A DNA stretch of 64,000 nucleotides from Acidovorax sp. (GCF_046341535.1 NZ_JBKDRI010000159.1:4745-68744), one strand, 5' to 3'. Counted from the first letter of the stretch, positions 1 to 10,169 are shown. Made by a program: numbers and translations. The notes: generated by a model not told the origin, from the letters alone.

Positions 1-1298
1 AGAGCGCATCGCTTCAAAAGCCGCGCCTGGCCCGGCTTGCTAACCGCATTGCCCGGCCGTTCCTTGGGGCGGTGCTGGTCGCTGCCGTCATGGCAGCGGC
101 ATGGTGGTGGCCAACCGACCCCGGCCGAGCACTGATGGTGGCCGTGGCAGTGCTCATCGTCACCTGTCCCTGCGCCCTGTCGCTGGCCACGCCGGTGGCC
201 ATGCTCACCGCCGCAGGCACGCTGGCCCGCCACGGCGTACTGGTGCGCGATTTGCAGGCGCTGGAAGCCTTGGCCCAGGTGGATACCGTGGTCTTTGACA
301 AGACCGGAACGCTCACCCGCGATGCCATGGCGCTGCAGGCCGTGCACACAGCGCCTGGCATCCGCGCCGATGAGGCCTTGTCCATCGCTGCAGCGCTGGC
401 CCGGCAGTCCATGCACCCGGTATCGCGCACCATCGCGCTGGCGGGTGCGGCAAGCTGCGCCGACTGGCAGGTGTCGGATGTGCAGGAACAGGCCGGGCTG
501 GGCCTAGTGGGCACCCTGGCTGACGCCCGGGTGCAGGGTGCGCCCGGTCGCATTTTCCGGCTGGGTTCCGCCTTGCACGCCGGTGTGGCTGCCACCGACG
601 CCTCGGCTGCGCCGCAGGCGGTGTTGTCCCTGCAGCATGATGACGGAACCACGCGTGAAGTGGCGCGCTTTGGATTGGCGGAACAGCTTCGCAGCGAGGC
701 GCCCGGTGTGGTTGATGCCCTGCAGCGCGCCGGTATCCACGTGCAGCTGCTATCGGGTGATCGGGTCGCTGCCGTGCGGCGCGTGGCAGCCCAGGCCGGT
801 ATTGCCACGGCGCAGGGCGAGTGCACACCGCAGGGCAAGCTGGCCGCGCTCAAAGGGTTGCAGACGGCGGGGCACCATGTGGCCATGGTGGGCGATGGGC
901 TCAACGATGGCCCCGTGCTGGCGGGCGCGCATGCGTCCTTTGCTTTTGGCCGGGCAGTCCCGCTGGCGCAGGCGCAGGCCGACTTCGTGGTGCTGGGCGA
1001 CAGCCTGGTGGTGGTGCCGCAGGCGTTGCTGCTTGCGCGCAAGACGCTTCGCGTGGTGCGCCAGAACCTGTGGTGGGCGGCTGCTTACAACGCCCTGTGC
1101 GTGCCCCTGGCCGTGATGGGCGCCATGCCTGCTTGGCTGGCAGGGCTGGGCATGGCGCTCAGTTCCCTGCTGGTGGTGCTCAATGCGGCGCGCCTGTCAC
1201 GCGGTCTGCCTGCTCTGCCGCATGGTTTTGCGGCCGAGCCTGCCGCCATCGCTGTCGCTGAGCAGCCCTCTCATGTCACACGGCCGGAGCCTGCTTGA
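1..1298 (+). CDS. ccoI: Heavy-metal P1B-type ATPase (FixI/CcoI), 5'-truncated by the window edge
   Basis: CPC transmembrane motif (VTCPCALSLATP), DKTGT phosphorylation motif and GDGLND hinge; reading frame open back to the window start; directly upstream of ccoSNOQP. Confidence 0.92.
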   Translation, partial: SASLQKPRLARLANRIARPFLGAVLVAAVMAAAWWWPTDPGRALMVAVAVLIVTCPCALSLATPVAMLTAAGTLARHGVLVRDLQALEALAQVDTVVFDKTGTLTRDAMALQAVHTAPGIRADEALSIAAALARQSMHPVSRTIALAGAASCADWQVSDVQEQAGLGLVGTLADARVQGAPGRIFRLGSALHAGVAATDASAAPQAVLSLQHDDGTTREVARFGLAEQLRSEAPGVVDALQRAGIHVQLLSGDRVAAVRRVAAQAGIATAQGECTPQGKLAALKGLQTAGHHVAMVGDGLNDGPVLAGAHASFAFGRAVPLAQAQADFVVLGDSLVVVPQALLLARKTLRVVRQNLWWAAAYNALCVPLAVMGAMPAWLAGLGMALSSLLVVLNAARLSRGLPALPHGFAAEPAAIAVAEQPSHVTRPEPA

Positions 1299-1435
1299 TG
1301 GACATCCTTTATCTGCTGATTCCCCTCTCCGTGGCACTGGTGCTGCTGGTGCTGGCCGGTCTGTGGTGGGCGGTGTACCACGGTCAGTTCGAAAGCGTCG
1401 AACAAGAAGGCGAGCGGATTCTCCGGGACGATTGA
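1298..1435 (+). CDS. ccoS: cbb3 oxidase assembly protein CcoS (45 aa; absent from the ORF track)
   Basis: Manual translation MDILYLLIPLSVALVLLVLAGLWWAVYHGQFESVEQEGERILRDD; ATG overlaps the ccoI stop (TGATG); W-A-x-x-x-G-Q-F CcoS motif. Confidence 0.92.
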   Translation: MDILYLLIPLSVALVLLVLAGLWWAVYHGQFESVEQEGERILRDD

Positions 1436-1445
1436 CATGCGTCAA
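1432..1445. promoter_or_regulatory. FNR-like box upstream of ccoN
   Basis: TTGAC-ATGC-GTCAA versus consensus TTGAT-N4-ATCAA; centre about 60 bp upstream of the ccoN ATG. Confidence 0.75.
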
Positions 1446-1499
1446 TGTGCCCGAGACGGCTGTGCAACACACTGTGACCGCAATTAAACGAGGTGCCCG

Positions 1500-2939
1500 A
1501 TGGATCTAGCAACAACGAATGCTGCGCACTACAACGATACGGTGGTACGGCAGTTTTCTATCATGGCCGTGGTGTGGGGGGTGGTCGGTATGTTGGTGGG
1601 CGTGGTCATCGCCGCGCAACTTGCCTGGCCTGAACTCAACTTCGGCATTCCGTGGCTGAGCTACGGGCGCCTGCGCCCGTTGCACACCAACGCGGTGATC
1701 TTCGCGTTTGGCGGTTGCGCACTGTTTGCCACCAGCTATTACGTGGTGCAGCGCACCTGCCAGGTGCGGCTGTTTGCTGCGCCATTGGCTGCCTTCACCT
1801 TCTGGGGCTGGCAACTGGTCATTCTGGCCGCTGCCATCAGCCTGCCGCTGGGTTACACATCCGGCAAGGAATACGCCGAACTCGAGTGGCCCATCGACAT
1901 CCTGATCACCCTGGTATGGGTTGCCTATGCCATCGTGTTTTTCGGCACCATCGGCGTGCGCAAGGTCAAGCATATCTACGTGGCCAACTGGTTCTTTGGG
2001 GCCTTCATCCTGGCGGTGGCCTTGCTGCACGTGGTCAACAGCGCTGCCATCCCTGCGGGCTTCATGAAGAGTTATTCGGCCTATGCGGGCGTGCAGGACG
2101 CCATGGTGCAGTGGTGGTACGGCCACAATGCGGTGGGCTTCTTTTTGACGGCGGGCTTTCTGGGCATGATGTATTACTTCATCCCCAAGCAGGCGGGCCG
2201 TCCGGTGTACAGCTACCGCCTGTCCATCGTCCACTTCTGGGCGCTGATCTTCACCTACATGTGGGCGGGCCCGCACCACCTGCACTACACCGCGCTGCCG
2301 GACTGGACGCAATCGGTTGGCATGGTGTTCTCGCTCATCCTGCTGGCCCCGAGCTGGGGCGGCATGATCAACGGGATCATGACCTTGTCGGGCGCATGGC
2401 ACAAGCTGCGCGATGACCCCATCCTGCGCTTTTTGATTGTGTCCCTGTCGTTCTACGGCATGTCCACCTTCGAGGGCCCGATGATGTCCATCAAAACGGT
2501 CAACGCTCTTTCGCACTACACCGACTGGACCGTTGGACACGTGCACTCTGGCGCCCTGGGCTGGGTGGGTTTGATCTCGATGGGCTCGCTCTACTACCTG
2601 CTGCCACGCCTGTTTGGCCGCGAGAAGATGTATTCGGTCAAGGCCATTGAACTGCACTTCTGGGTGGCCACCATCGGCATCGTGCTGTACATCGCCGCGA
2701 TGTGGATTGCCGGTGTGATGCAGGGCCTGATGTGGCGAGCCATCAACCCCGACGGCACGCTGACCTACACCTTTGTAGAGAGTGTGAAGGCGACCTATCC
2801 GTTCTATGTGATCCGCGTGGCCGGTGGCCTGCTGTACCTGGGAGGCATGTTGCTGATGGCCTGGAACGTGTGGATGACCGCCATTTCCGGCCGCTCCGTC
2901 AAGGCCGTTATTCCTGCGGTCAACGCAGCCCATGCCTGA
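1500..2939 (+). CDS. ccoN: cbb3-type cytochrome c oxidase subunit I
   Basis: [28 protein letters not shown] and WTVGHVH heme/Cu ligand motifs. Confidence 0.98.
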   Translation: MDLATTNAAHYNDTVVRQFSIMAVVWGVVGMLVGVVIAAQLAWPELNFGIPWLSYGRLRPLHTNAVIFAFGGCALFATSYYVVQRTCQVRLFAAPLAAFTFWGWQLVILAAAISLPLGYTSGKEYAELEWPIDILITLVWVAYAIVFFGTIGVRKVKHIYVANWFFGAFILAVALLHVVNSAAIPAGFMKSYSAYAGVQDAMVQWWYGHNAVGFFLTAGFLGMMYYFIPKQAGRPVYSYRLSIVHFWALIFTYMWAGPHHLHYTALPDWTQSVGMVFSLILLAPSWGGMINGIMTLSGAWHKLRDDPILRFLIVSLSFYGMSTFEGPMMSIKTVNALSHYTDWTVGHVHSGALGWVGLISMGSLYYLLPRLFGREKMYSVKAIELHFWVATIGIVLYIAAMWIAGVMQGLMWRAINPDGTLTYTFVESVKATYPFYVIRVAGGLLYLGGMLLMAWNVWMTAISGRSVKAVIPAVNAAHA

Positions 2940-2955
2940 GCGAAGGAGACAACCC

Positions 2956-3585
2956 ATGTCCAACGACACATCGACTTCTACGGGCTTCACCCATGAAAAG
3001 GTGGAGACCAACAACTTCCTCATGATCGTGCTGATCCTGCTGGTGATTGCCATTGGCGGTCTGGTGGAGATCGTGCCCCTGTTTTTCCAGAAGTCCACGA
3101 CCGAGGCGGTCAAGGGCATCGAGCCGTACAACGCGATGCAGTTGGCGGGGCGCGACATCTATATCCGTGAGGGTTGCTACAACTGCCACTCGCAGATGAT
3201 TCGCCCGTTCCGGGCCGAAACGCTGCGCTACGGGCACTACTCGGTGGCTGGCGAGTTTGTGTACGACCACCCCTTCCAGTGGGGCAGCAAACGCACGGGC
3301 CCTGACCTGCACCGTGTGGGCGGTAAGTACAGCGACGAATGGCATCGCATCCACCTGATTAACCCGCGCGATGTGGTGCCCGAGTCGAACATGCCCGCCT
3401 ATCCATGGCTCGAAAAGAACCCGCTGGACCCCGGCGAGCTTGCGCCCCGCATGAAGGCACTGCGAACCGTTGGCGTGCCCTATACCGACGAGCAAATCAA
3501 CGCTGCCGCTGGCGAAGTCAAGGGCAAGACCGAACTGGATGCCCTGATCGCCTACCTGCAGGTCATGGGCCGCGCCCTCAAGTAA
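2956..3585 (+). CDS. ccoO: cbb3 oxidase subunit II (monoheme cytochrome c)
   Basis: [13 protein letters not shown] and [10 protein letters not shown]; AAGGAG RBS before ATG 2956. Confidence 0.97.
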   Translation: MSNDTSTSTGFTHEKVETNNFLMIVLILLVIAIGGLVEIVPLFFQKSTTEAVKGIEPYNAMQLAGRDIYIREGCYNCHSQMIRPFRAETLRYGHYSVAGEFVYDHPFQWGSKRTGPDLHRVGGKYSDEWHRIHLINPRDVVPESNMPAYPWLEKNPLDPGELAPRMKALRTVGVPYTDEQINAAAGEVKGKTELDALIAYLQVMGRALK

Positions 3586-3596
3586 AGGAGATCGTC

Positions 3597-3734
3597 ATGG
3601 ACATCACCACCATGCGCATCGTGGCCACTCTGGCCTCGTTGGTCTGCTTTGTTGGCATCTGGATATGGGCCTACCAGGGGCGCAACAGGGAGCGCTTCGA
3701 CGAGGCGGCTCGCCTGCCGTTTGAACAAGATTGA
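3597..3734 (+). CDS. ccoQ: cbb3 oxidase small subunit
   Basis: 45-aa single-TM protein ending FDEAARLPFEQD; AAGGAG RBS; lies between ccoO and ccoP. Confidence 0.92.
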   Translation: MDITTMRIVATLASLVCFVGIWIWAYQGRNRERFDEAARLPFEQD

Positions 3735-3758
3735 CCTCTACCAGAACGAGAACACCCC

Positions 3759-4676
3759 ATGAGTGACTTCACCAGCAATTTCTGGTCGGTCTTTGTGACC
3801 ACGCTGACGCTCGTCGGCATCATCGCCTGCGGCCTCCTGCTTTGGCTGGCCGGTCGCAAAAAGGTCATTTCCACGTCCGACAACACCACCGGCCACGTCT
3901 GGGACGAAGACCTGGTCGAGATGAACAACCCCCTGCCGCGCTGGTGGGTGTGGCTGTTCGTCATCACCCTCGTCTTTGGCCTGGCTTACCTGGCCGCCTA
4001 TCCTGGTCTGGGCAGCTTCGGCGGAAAGCTGGGGTGGTCGCAACAGGGCGAGTACGAAGCCGAGATGGCCAAGGCCAAGGCCAACCTTGAGCCGCTGTAC
4101 GCCCGCTTTGTGGCTATGAAGCCTGAGGAAGTGGCCGCAGACGCACAGGCCCATGCGATCGGCGAGCGCCTGTTCATGAACAACTGCGCTCAGTGCCATG
4201 GCTCCGATGCACGCGGGAGCAAGGGTTTTCCGAACCTGACCGATGGTGACTGGCTGTACGGCGGCACCCCCCAGCAGATCCGCGAAACCCTGGACAAGGG
4301 CCGTATCGGCAACATGCCGCCCATGGCCGCAGCCGTGGGCACGGCCGAAGACGTGCGCAACCTTTCGCACTATGTGCTGAGCCTGTCTGGCAGCCCGCAT
4401 GACTCGCTGCGCGCGTCGCTGGGCAAGTCGAAGTTCACGGCCTGTGCGGCCTGCCACGGCATGGACGGCAAGGGCAACCAGGCTCTGGGCGCGCCTAACC
4501 TGACTGACGACATCTGGTTGCATGGCTGGGGCGAGGCCGCCATCACAGCCATGATCAACAACGGCAAGGTCAACCAGATGCCTGCCCAGGCAGACAAGCT
4601 GACCGACGCGCAGATCGGCGTGCTGGCGGCCTACGTGTGGGGCCTGTCAAACAAGCAGGTCGCAGCGGCGCGCTGA
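3759..4676 (+). CDS. ccoP: cbb3 oxidase subunit III (diheme)
   Basis: TGHVWDE, NNPLPRWW and two CxxCH motifs (CAQCH, CAACH). Confidence 0.97.
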   Translation: MSDFTSNFWSVFVTTLTLVGIIACGLLLWLAGRKKVISTSDNTTGHVWDEDLVEMNNPLPRWWVWLFVITLVFGLAYLAAYPGLGSFGGKLGWSQQGEYEAEMAKAKANLEPLYARFVAMKPEEVAADAQAHAIGERLFMNNCAQCHGSDARGSKGFPNLTDGDWLYGGTPQQIRETLDKGRIGNMPPMAAAVGTAEDVRNLSHYVLSLSGSPHDSLRASLGKSKFTACAACHGMDGKGNQALGAPNLTDDIWLHGWGEAAITAMINNGKVNQMPAQADKLTDAQIGVLAAYVWGLSNKQVAAAR

Positions 4677-4751
4677 GTGCCTCGCGCAGGCCTTGCCTGC
4701 GCCAGTGTGCTCGCCTTTTTTGCTTTCTGGCTTCAACGCAGCGGATATGCC

Positions 4752-6200
4752 ATGAATTCCCCCAGCGAGCCTGCTCGCAAGGTCATTCCCATCAGCCCGG
4801 TCGCATCGCCCGATGCGTCTGCGGGCAGTGAGATCATCTCGCTGTACGAAGCCCAAAAGAAGATCTACCCCCGCTCCATTAGTGGCGTGTTCGCCCGCTG
4901 GCGCTGGGCCATGGTGATCCTGGCCCAGCTGCTCTTTTACGGCTTGCCCTGGCTGGAGTGGGGGCAGCGCCAGATGGTGCTGTTCGATCTTGGAGCCAGG
5001 CGCTTTTACATCTTTGGGCTGGTGCTGTATCCGCAGGACTTTATCTACCTGACGGGGCTGCTCATCATGTCCGCGCTGTCGCTATTCCTGTTCACCGCCG
5101 TGGCAGGCAGGCTGTGGTGCGGCTTTGCATGCCCGCAGACGGTGTACAACGAAATCTTCATGTGGATCGAGCACAAGATCGAGGGAGACCGCAGTGCGCG
5201 CCTGCGGTTGGACAACGGTCCGTGGACGTTCGAGAAAATCCGCAAGAAGCTGTCCAAGCAGGCCGCCTGGCTTGCCGTGGCGCTATGGACGGGCTTCACC
5301 TTTGTGGGCTACTTTGTGCCGATCCGCGAACTGGGCAGCGAACTGCTCGCCGTGCAGGGAAGCTGGCAGATCTTCTGGGTGCTGTTCTACGGATTTGCCA
5401 CCTACGGTAATGCGGGTTACATGCGCGAGCAGGTCTGCAAGTACATGTGTCCGTATGCGCGGTTTCAAAGCGCCATGTTCGACAAGGGCACCATGATCGT
5501 CAGCTATGACGGCGAGCGCGGCGAACCGCGCGGCCCGCGTAACAAGACGCTGGACTACAAGGCCAAGGGTCTTGGTGACTGCATCGACTGCACCCTGTGC
5601 GTGCAGGTCTGCCCGGTGGGCATCGACATCCGAAAGGGCCTGCAGTACGAATGCATCGGCTGTGGGCTGTGCGTGGACGCCTGCAACACGGTGATGGACA
5701 AGATGCAGTACCCCAGAGGGCTGATCCGGTTTTCCACGCAGAACGGGGTGGCGCGTCGCTGGAGCCCTTCGCAGATGCTCGGGCGGGTGTTTCGCCCCCG
5801 GGTTCTCGTTTATGGAGCGGTGTTGCTCACGCTGTGCTCGGTGATGCTCGCCAGCCTGGTGATGCGCATTCCGCTCAAGGTGGACGTGGTTCGCGACCGT
5901 GCTGCGCTCTCGCGGATCGTCGCTGGTGGAAAAATCGAAAACATCTACCGGCTTCAACTGATGAACGCAACCGAGGTGATGCAGCGCTACCAGATCACCG
6001 CGCGTGGGCTGGATGGTCTGGAAGTGCTGGTGGACGCAGATGCCGAGGTTGGCCCCGCCGAAGCACGCTGGGTGGTCGTTCGGTTGCGGATACCGTATGG
6101 TTCGGTGGCACCCGGATCGCATGCGGTTTTGTTCGATGTGCAGGCCGCTGGCGCTGTGGCGCATGTCACCGAAAAGTCGGTGTTCCTGGTCCCACGCTGA
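4752..6200 (+). CDS. ccoG: Cytochrome oxidase accessory ferredoxin-like membrane protein
   Basis: GRLWCGFACPQ, CKYMCPYARFQS, CIDCTLCVQVCP and CIGCGLCVDAC motifs. Confidence 0.95.
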   Translation: MNSPSEPARKVIPISPVASPDASAGSEIISLYEAQKKIYPRSISGVFARWRWAMVILAQLLFYGLPWLEWGQRQMVLFDLGARRFYIFGLVLYPQDFIYLTGLLIMSALSLFLFTAVAGRLWCGFACPQTVYNEIFMWIEHKIEGDRSARLRLDNGPWTFEKIRKKLSKQAAWLAVALWTGFTFVGYFVPIRELGSELLAVQGSWQIFWVLFYGFATYGNAGYMREQVCKYMCPYARFQSAMFDKGTMIVSYDGERGEPRGPRNKTLDYKAKGLGDCIDCTLCVQVCPVGIDIRKGLQYECIGCGLCVDACNTVMDKMQYPRGLIRFSTQNGVARRWSPSQMLGRVFRPRVLVYGAVLLTLCSVMLASLVMRIPLKVDVVRDRAALSRIVAGGKIENIYRLQLMNATEVMQRYQITARGLDGLEVLVDADAEVGPAEARWVVVRLRIPYGSVAPGSHAVLFDVQAAGAVAHVTEKSVFLVPR

Positions 6201-6259
6201 TTTTTTTATTCGCGGGCGAAGTCGCCCTGGCGCTTATCTGAGCCAGAGCTTTTGAAGGA

Positions 6260-6550
6260 GTGATGTCAATGTCAACGAACGCTACGCCCCAGGGCGCGAC
6301 ACCGCAACCCGCCCCCTGGTGGAAATTCGGCCATGTGTGGCTGGTGATTGCGGGCCCGGTCATCGTGATCATTGCCGGTTTTGTCACGCTCTGGCTGGCG
6401 ATTTCACGGCCCGACCCCATGGTGGCGGAGGACTACTACCGCGAGGGTATCGAGATCAACAAGACGCTGGATGGAGCCGACAAGAGCCTGCTGCCCGCCG
6501 TGAAGGCCCGCAACCACGCTGCAACGCCTGCCCAGGATGCGCCCCGTTGA
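6260..6550 (+). CDS. ccoH: FixH/CcoH-family protein
   Basis: PWWKFGHVWLVIAGP and DYYREG motifs; follows ccoG. Confidence 0.8.
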   Translation: MMSMSTNATPQGATPQPAPWWKFGHVWLVIAGPVIVIIAGFVTLWLAISRPDPMVAEDYYREGIEINKTLDGADKSLLPAVKARNHAATPAQDAPR

Positions 6551-6634
6551 TCCTGGCGCGGCACCTGGTTATGCGCGCGCTGCCATTCGGCGGTGGCGCT
6601 GGCCAATCACCACAGACATAAGGAGACAAGCGCG

Positions 6635-6928
6635 ATGTGGACCCAACGCCTGATGTGGATCGCCTGGCCTGCATTTCTAATGGCAGGCGTGCTGGAGGTG
6701 CTTGTCTTTGCCTTTGTGGACCCGCACGACCTGCACTGGTTTGGGCAACCCGTAGCGCTTTCGAGGCAGGGCGTTTACACCGTGGCGTTTTTCGTTTTCT
6801 GGGCAGTGACGATGGTTTCAAGCGGTTTGACCACGCTGCTGGCCATGTCGCCGTTTGAGCTCAACCGGTGCCCGGTGCCCGAGGGCGACCGCCCGGACGA
6901 CTGCCGCAAACCATCGGGATGCGTCTGA
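6635..6928 (+). CDS. Conserved hypothetical 2-TM membrane protein
   Basis: AAGGAG RBS; MWIAWPAFLMAGVLE...FVDPHDL; Cys-containing C-terminal tail. Confidence 0.75.
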   Translation: MWTQRLMWIAWPAFLMAGVLEVLVFAFVDPHDLHWFGQPVALSRQGVYTVAFFVFWAVTMVSSGLTTLLAMSPFELNRCPVPEGDRPDDCRKPSGCV

Positions 6929-7030
6929 GCTGCCATCACGGGCGCTCAGATGCCGCATCGGCAAGGTGCGATTGCCGCGAACTCTGACACGGTGCGGCGC
7001 TGGCTCCCCCGACCCCAGCCAACGGTGCCC

Positions 7031-7753
7031 TCAATGGCAGGGCTGCTGGCTGTTGACGATGCGACGCAGCGCATCGGTGTCCAGAATGCGGACATGGCGC
7101 TGTTTCACCTCGACGATGTTTTCTTCGACGAATTTGGAGAAGGTGCGGCTGACGGTTTCCAGCTTGAGGCCAAGGTAGCTGCCAATTTCTTCACGGGTCA
7201 TGCGCAGTACCAGCTCCGATTGCGAGAACCCCCGTGCATGCAGGCGCTGGACCAAATTCAGCAGGAAGGCCGCCAGCCGCTCCTCGGCCCGCATGCTGCC
7301 CAACAGCAGCATCACGCCGTGCTCGCGCACGATTTCGCGGCTCATGATCTTGTGGACGTGATGCTGCAGGGCCGTGACCTCGCGCGATAACTCCTCGATG
7401 CGGTCAAACGGCATCACGCACACTTCGGCATCTTCCAGCGCCACAGCGTCACAGGAATGGTGGTCGTTCACGATTCCGTCAAGCCCGATGATCTCGCCCG
7501 CCATCTGGAAACCCGTCACCTGATCGCGACCGTCTTCCGTGGCGACGCAGGTCTTGAAAAAGCCCGTACGGATCGCGTAGAGCGACGTGAACGTCTCACC
7601 ATTGCGAAAGAGCGTCGTGCCACGCTTGACCTTGCGGCGCAGAGCCACAACTTCGTCAATGCGCTGCAGTTGCTCTGCATTGAGGCCCACGGGCATGCAA
7701 AGCTCGCGCAGGTTGCAGTTGGAGCAGGCGACTTTGATGGTGAGCGGGTTCAT
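7031..7753 (-). CDS. fnr: Fumarate/nitrate reduction regulator FNR (start could be the TTG at 7780)
   Basis: N-terminal CSNCNLRELC plus fourth Cys (DAEVC); HTH LETVSR. Confidence 0.95.
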   Translation of the reverse strand: MNPLTIKVACSNCNLRELCMPVGLNAEQLQRIDEVVALRRKVKRGTTLFRNGETFTSLYAIRTGFFKTCVATEDGRDQVTGFQMAGEIIGLDGIVNDHHSCDAVALEDAEVCVMPFDRIEELSREVTALQHHVHKIMSREIVREHGVMLLLGSMRAEERLAAFLLNLVQRLHARGFSQSELVLRMTREEIGSYLGLKLETVSRTFSKFVEENIVEVKQRHVRILDTDALRRIVNSQQPCH

Positions 7754-7832
7754 GGCGGTGAAACTCGGGTTGGGGGACAAGGATATTCAGCAACGACCTC
7801 TCGGAGACGGCATCTTGGCTGCGCGGGCTCAA

Positions 7833-7846
7833 GTGATGTGCATCAA
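7833..7846. promoter_or_regulatory. Secondary FNR-like site in the fnr-hemN intergenic region
   Basis: GTGAT-GTGC-ATCAA, one mismatch to consensus. Confidence 0.55.
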
Positions 7847-7873
7847 ATTGTCGCAGCAAGGGCTGGGCGCTGC

Positions 7874-7887
7874 TTGATTTAAATCAA
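7874..7887. promoter_or_regulatory. Perfect FNR box between divergent fnr and hemN
   Basis: TTGAT-TTAA-ATCAA, exact consensus. Confidence 0.9.
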
Positions 7888-7943
7888 GTGCTGATCCGTG
7901 CAGCTCAGGCACAGTCTTGGCGTTGCCAAGATTTCAACCGCCC

Positions 7944-9326
7944 ATGACCGCTGTCTCCACTGACCTGTTGCGCCGTTTTGATGTGCCAGGGCCGCGCTAC
8001 ACATCCTATCCAACGGCCGACCGTTTTGTGGAGGCGTTCCGTCAGGAGGAATACGTGCACGCACTTGATCAGCGACGCAGCGGCGCTGTCGCCAGAGCTT
8101 TGCCGCTGTCGCTGTATGTGCACATCCCTTTCTGCGAATCCCTTTGTTACTACTGTGCCTGCAACAAAATCATCACAAAGCAGCACGACCGCGCAAACAT
8201 TTATCTGCGGTACCTGGGGCAGGAGATGGACCTGCACACGGCGCATTGCGGGACAGGGCAGGTCGTTTCCCAGCTTCACTTGGGCGGTGGTTCGCCGACT
8301 TTTTTGTCGGATGACGGCCTTCGTGAGCTGATGGCTGGGCTGCGCAGGGGGTTTTCCCTTGCGCCGGGCGGCGAGTATTCCATCGAAGTGGACCCACGTA
8401 CGGTCAATGCAGACCGGCTGGCAGTGCTGGCCGGGCTGGGCTTCAATCGGCTGAGCTTTGGGGTGCAGGATTTCGATGCCGAAGTGCAAAAAGCGGTGCA
8501 TCGCATCCAGCCTGCGCAACAGGTGTTCGCGTTGGTCGAAGCGGCACGCTCCCTTGGATTTGATTCGGTCAACGTGGATCTGATCTACGGATTGCCCCGG
8601 CAGACGCCGGAGTCCTTTGACCGCACTTTGGCCCAGGTGGTCCAGTTGCGGCCCGACCGGATCGCCTTGTACGCCTACGCCCACCTGCCCGAAAGGTTCA
8701 AGCCACAGCGGCACATTGTGGCGGCCAATCTCCCTGCTGCGGCAGCGAAACTCTCTATGCTGTCGCGCTCGCTCGATGCGTTGTTGGATGCCGGTTATGT
8801 CTATGTGGGCATGGATCACTTTGCGCTGCCGTCCGATGCCCTGGCGGTGGCCAAGCGACAGGGGCGGCTGCACCGGAATTTCCAGGGATACAGCACCCAG
8901 CCCGACTGTGACCTGATTGCACTGGGTGTCTCTGCCATCGGAAGGGTGGGGGCCACCTACAGCCAAAACGCGAAAACGCTGCAGGAGTATTACGATCTTC
9001 TGGATCAGGGGCGGCTTCCGGTCGTTCGCGGTCTGGCCCTCACGCGCGACGATCTGGTGCGTCGGGCAGTGATCATGGCGCTTATGTGCCAAGGGATAGT
9101 GTTGTATGAGTCGATCGAGCAGGGTTGGCTGATTGACTTCAAGCAGTACTTTGCCGCGGAACTGTCGCATCTGCACGAGATGGTGGAGCAGGGACTCGTC
9201 CAGATCAATCCGGATGGCATCGAGGTCACCGCCATGGGCTGGTTCTTCGTGCGCGGAATCGCCATGGTGTTTGATCGTTATCTCCAGGCCGACCGCAATC
9301 GGGAACGGTTCTCCCGGATCATCTGA
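7944..9326 (+). CDS. hemN: Oxygen-independent coproporphyrinogen III oxidase
   Basis: GPRYTSYPTA, radical-SAM CESLCYYCAC, GGGSP, LHRNFQGY. Confidence 0.96.
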   Translation: MTAVSTDLLRRFDVPGPRYTSYPTADRFVEAFRQEEYVHALDQRRSGAVARALPLSLYVHIPFCESLCYYCACNKIITKQHDRANIYLRYLGQEMDLHTAHCGTGQVVSQLHLGGGSPTFLSDDGLRELMAGLRRGFSLAPGGEYSIEVDPRTVNADRLAVLAGLGFNRLSFGVQDFDAEVQKAVHRIQPAQQVFALVEAARSLGFDSVNVDLIYGLPRQTPESFDRTLAQVVQLRPDRIALYAYAHLPERFKPQRHIVAANLPAAAAKLSMLSRSLDALLDAGYVYVGMDHFALPSDALAVAKRQGRLHRNFQGYSTQPDCDLIALGVSAIGRVGATYSQNAKTLQEYYDLLDQGRLPVVRGLALTRDDLVRRAVIMALMCQGIVLYESIEQGWLIDFKQYFAAELSHLHEMVEQGLVQINPDGIEVTAMGWFFVRGIAMVFDRYLQADRNRERFSRII

Positions 9327-9425
9327 CTGCGGCCATTCGATGGGCTTCAATCAACGCACAAGCACCGGGGTCCTGGGTGATTGCCTGCCCGGGGTTGGTG
9401 GCCGTTTCGCGCTTGGGAGGGGGCT

Positions 9426-10169
9426 GTGCTGAGCCCCGTCGCCTGGTCTGCCCTGGTGATGGGTGTCGTCGGCGGATCACACTGCCTGGCCATGTGCTCC
9501 GCCCCGTGCGGTGCGCTGATCGGCGGGCGCGATACCGCCGCGGTTGGCCCGGTCCTCGCTGCCGATGCGCAAACACGGGTGCATTGGTTGGGATTGCGGG
9601 GCAGTCGGCAGGCGTGGCGCACAGCAGTGTTTCACGCCGGTCGTCTGGGGGGCTATGCGGTGATGGGGGCACTTGCTGGCGCCGCCATGGACAGCCTGGC
9701 ATGGCTCACGCAGCAGGCAGTCGCCCTTCAGTCAGTCTGGACCTTGATGCATGTTGCGGTCATGGGCTGGGGGTTGATGATGGTGTTCGAGATGCGACAG
9801 CCCATGTGGATGGAGCGCGCAGGGCGTGTGGTGTGGGGCAAGGTTCAGCCGATCGTTCGTTCAGACCACGGCCTGCTGACGGCAGGGATGTTGTGGGGCG
9901 TGATGCCCTGTGGCTTGCTTTACTCCGCGCTGCTTGTCGCCGCGCTCAGCGGTGGGGCGCTCGAGGGCGCGCTCAGCATGGTTCTTTTTGGGCTCGGTAG
10001 CGGGATCTGGCTGGTCGGCGGGCCCTGGGCCTGGATCCTCATCAAAGCCCGCGTGAGCCTTGTGCGCGCCGCGTGGGGCAGCCGAATCGCGGGGGGGCTG
10101 CTGTGCTCCGTCGCCGCCTGGGCGCTTTGGATGGACCTTGTCTACAAGCCATCCCTGTGGTGCCGCTGA
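9426..10169 (+). CDS. DsbD_2/TauE-like multi-TM protein of cbb3 clusters
   Basis: GGSHCLAMC, GRLGGY and MPCGLLYSAL motifs; start codon uncertain. Confidence 0.8.
   Translation: MLSPVAWSALVMGVVGGSHCLAMCSAPCGALIGGRDTAAVGPVLAADAQTRVHWLGLRGSRQAWRTAVFHAGRLGGYAVMGALAGAAMDSLAWLTQQAVALQSVWTLMHVAVMGWGLMMVFEMRQPMWMERAGRVVWGKVQPIVRSDHGLLTAGMLWGVMPCGLLYSALLVAALSGGALEGALSMVLFGLGSGIWLVGGPWAWILIKARVSLVRAAWGSRIAGGLLCSVAAWALWMDLVYKPSLWCR

Noticed and set aside
1506-3158. 550-aa minus-strand ORF over ccoN/ccoO
   Set aside because: Antisense shadow of a GC3-rich gene; no protein motifs
6200-6260. GCGCTTATCTG...AGAGCTTTTGA as a fifth copy of the bipartite element
   Set aside because: Only the second half resembles it; the AT-rich dyad core is missing
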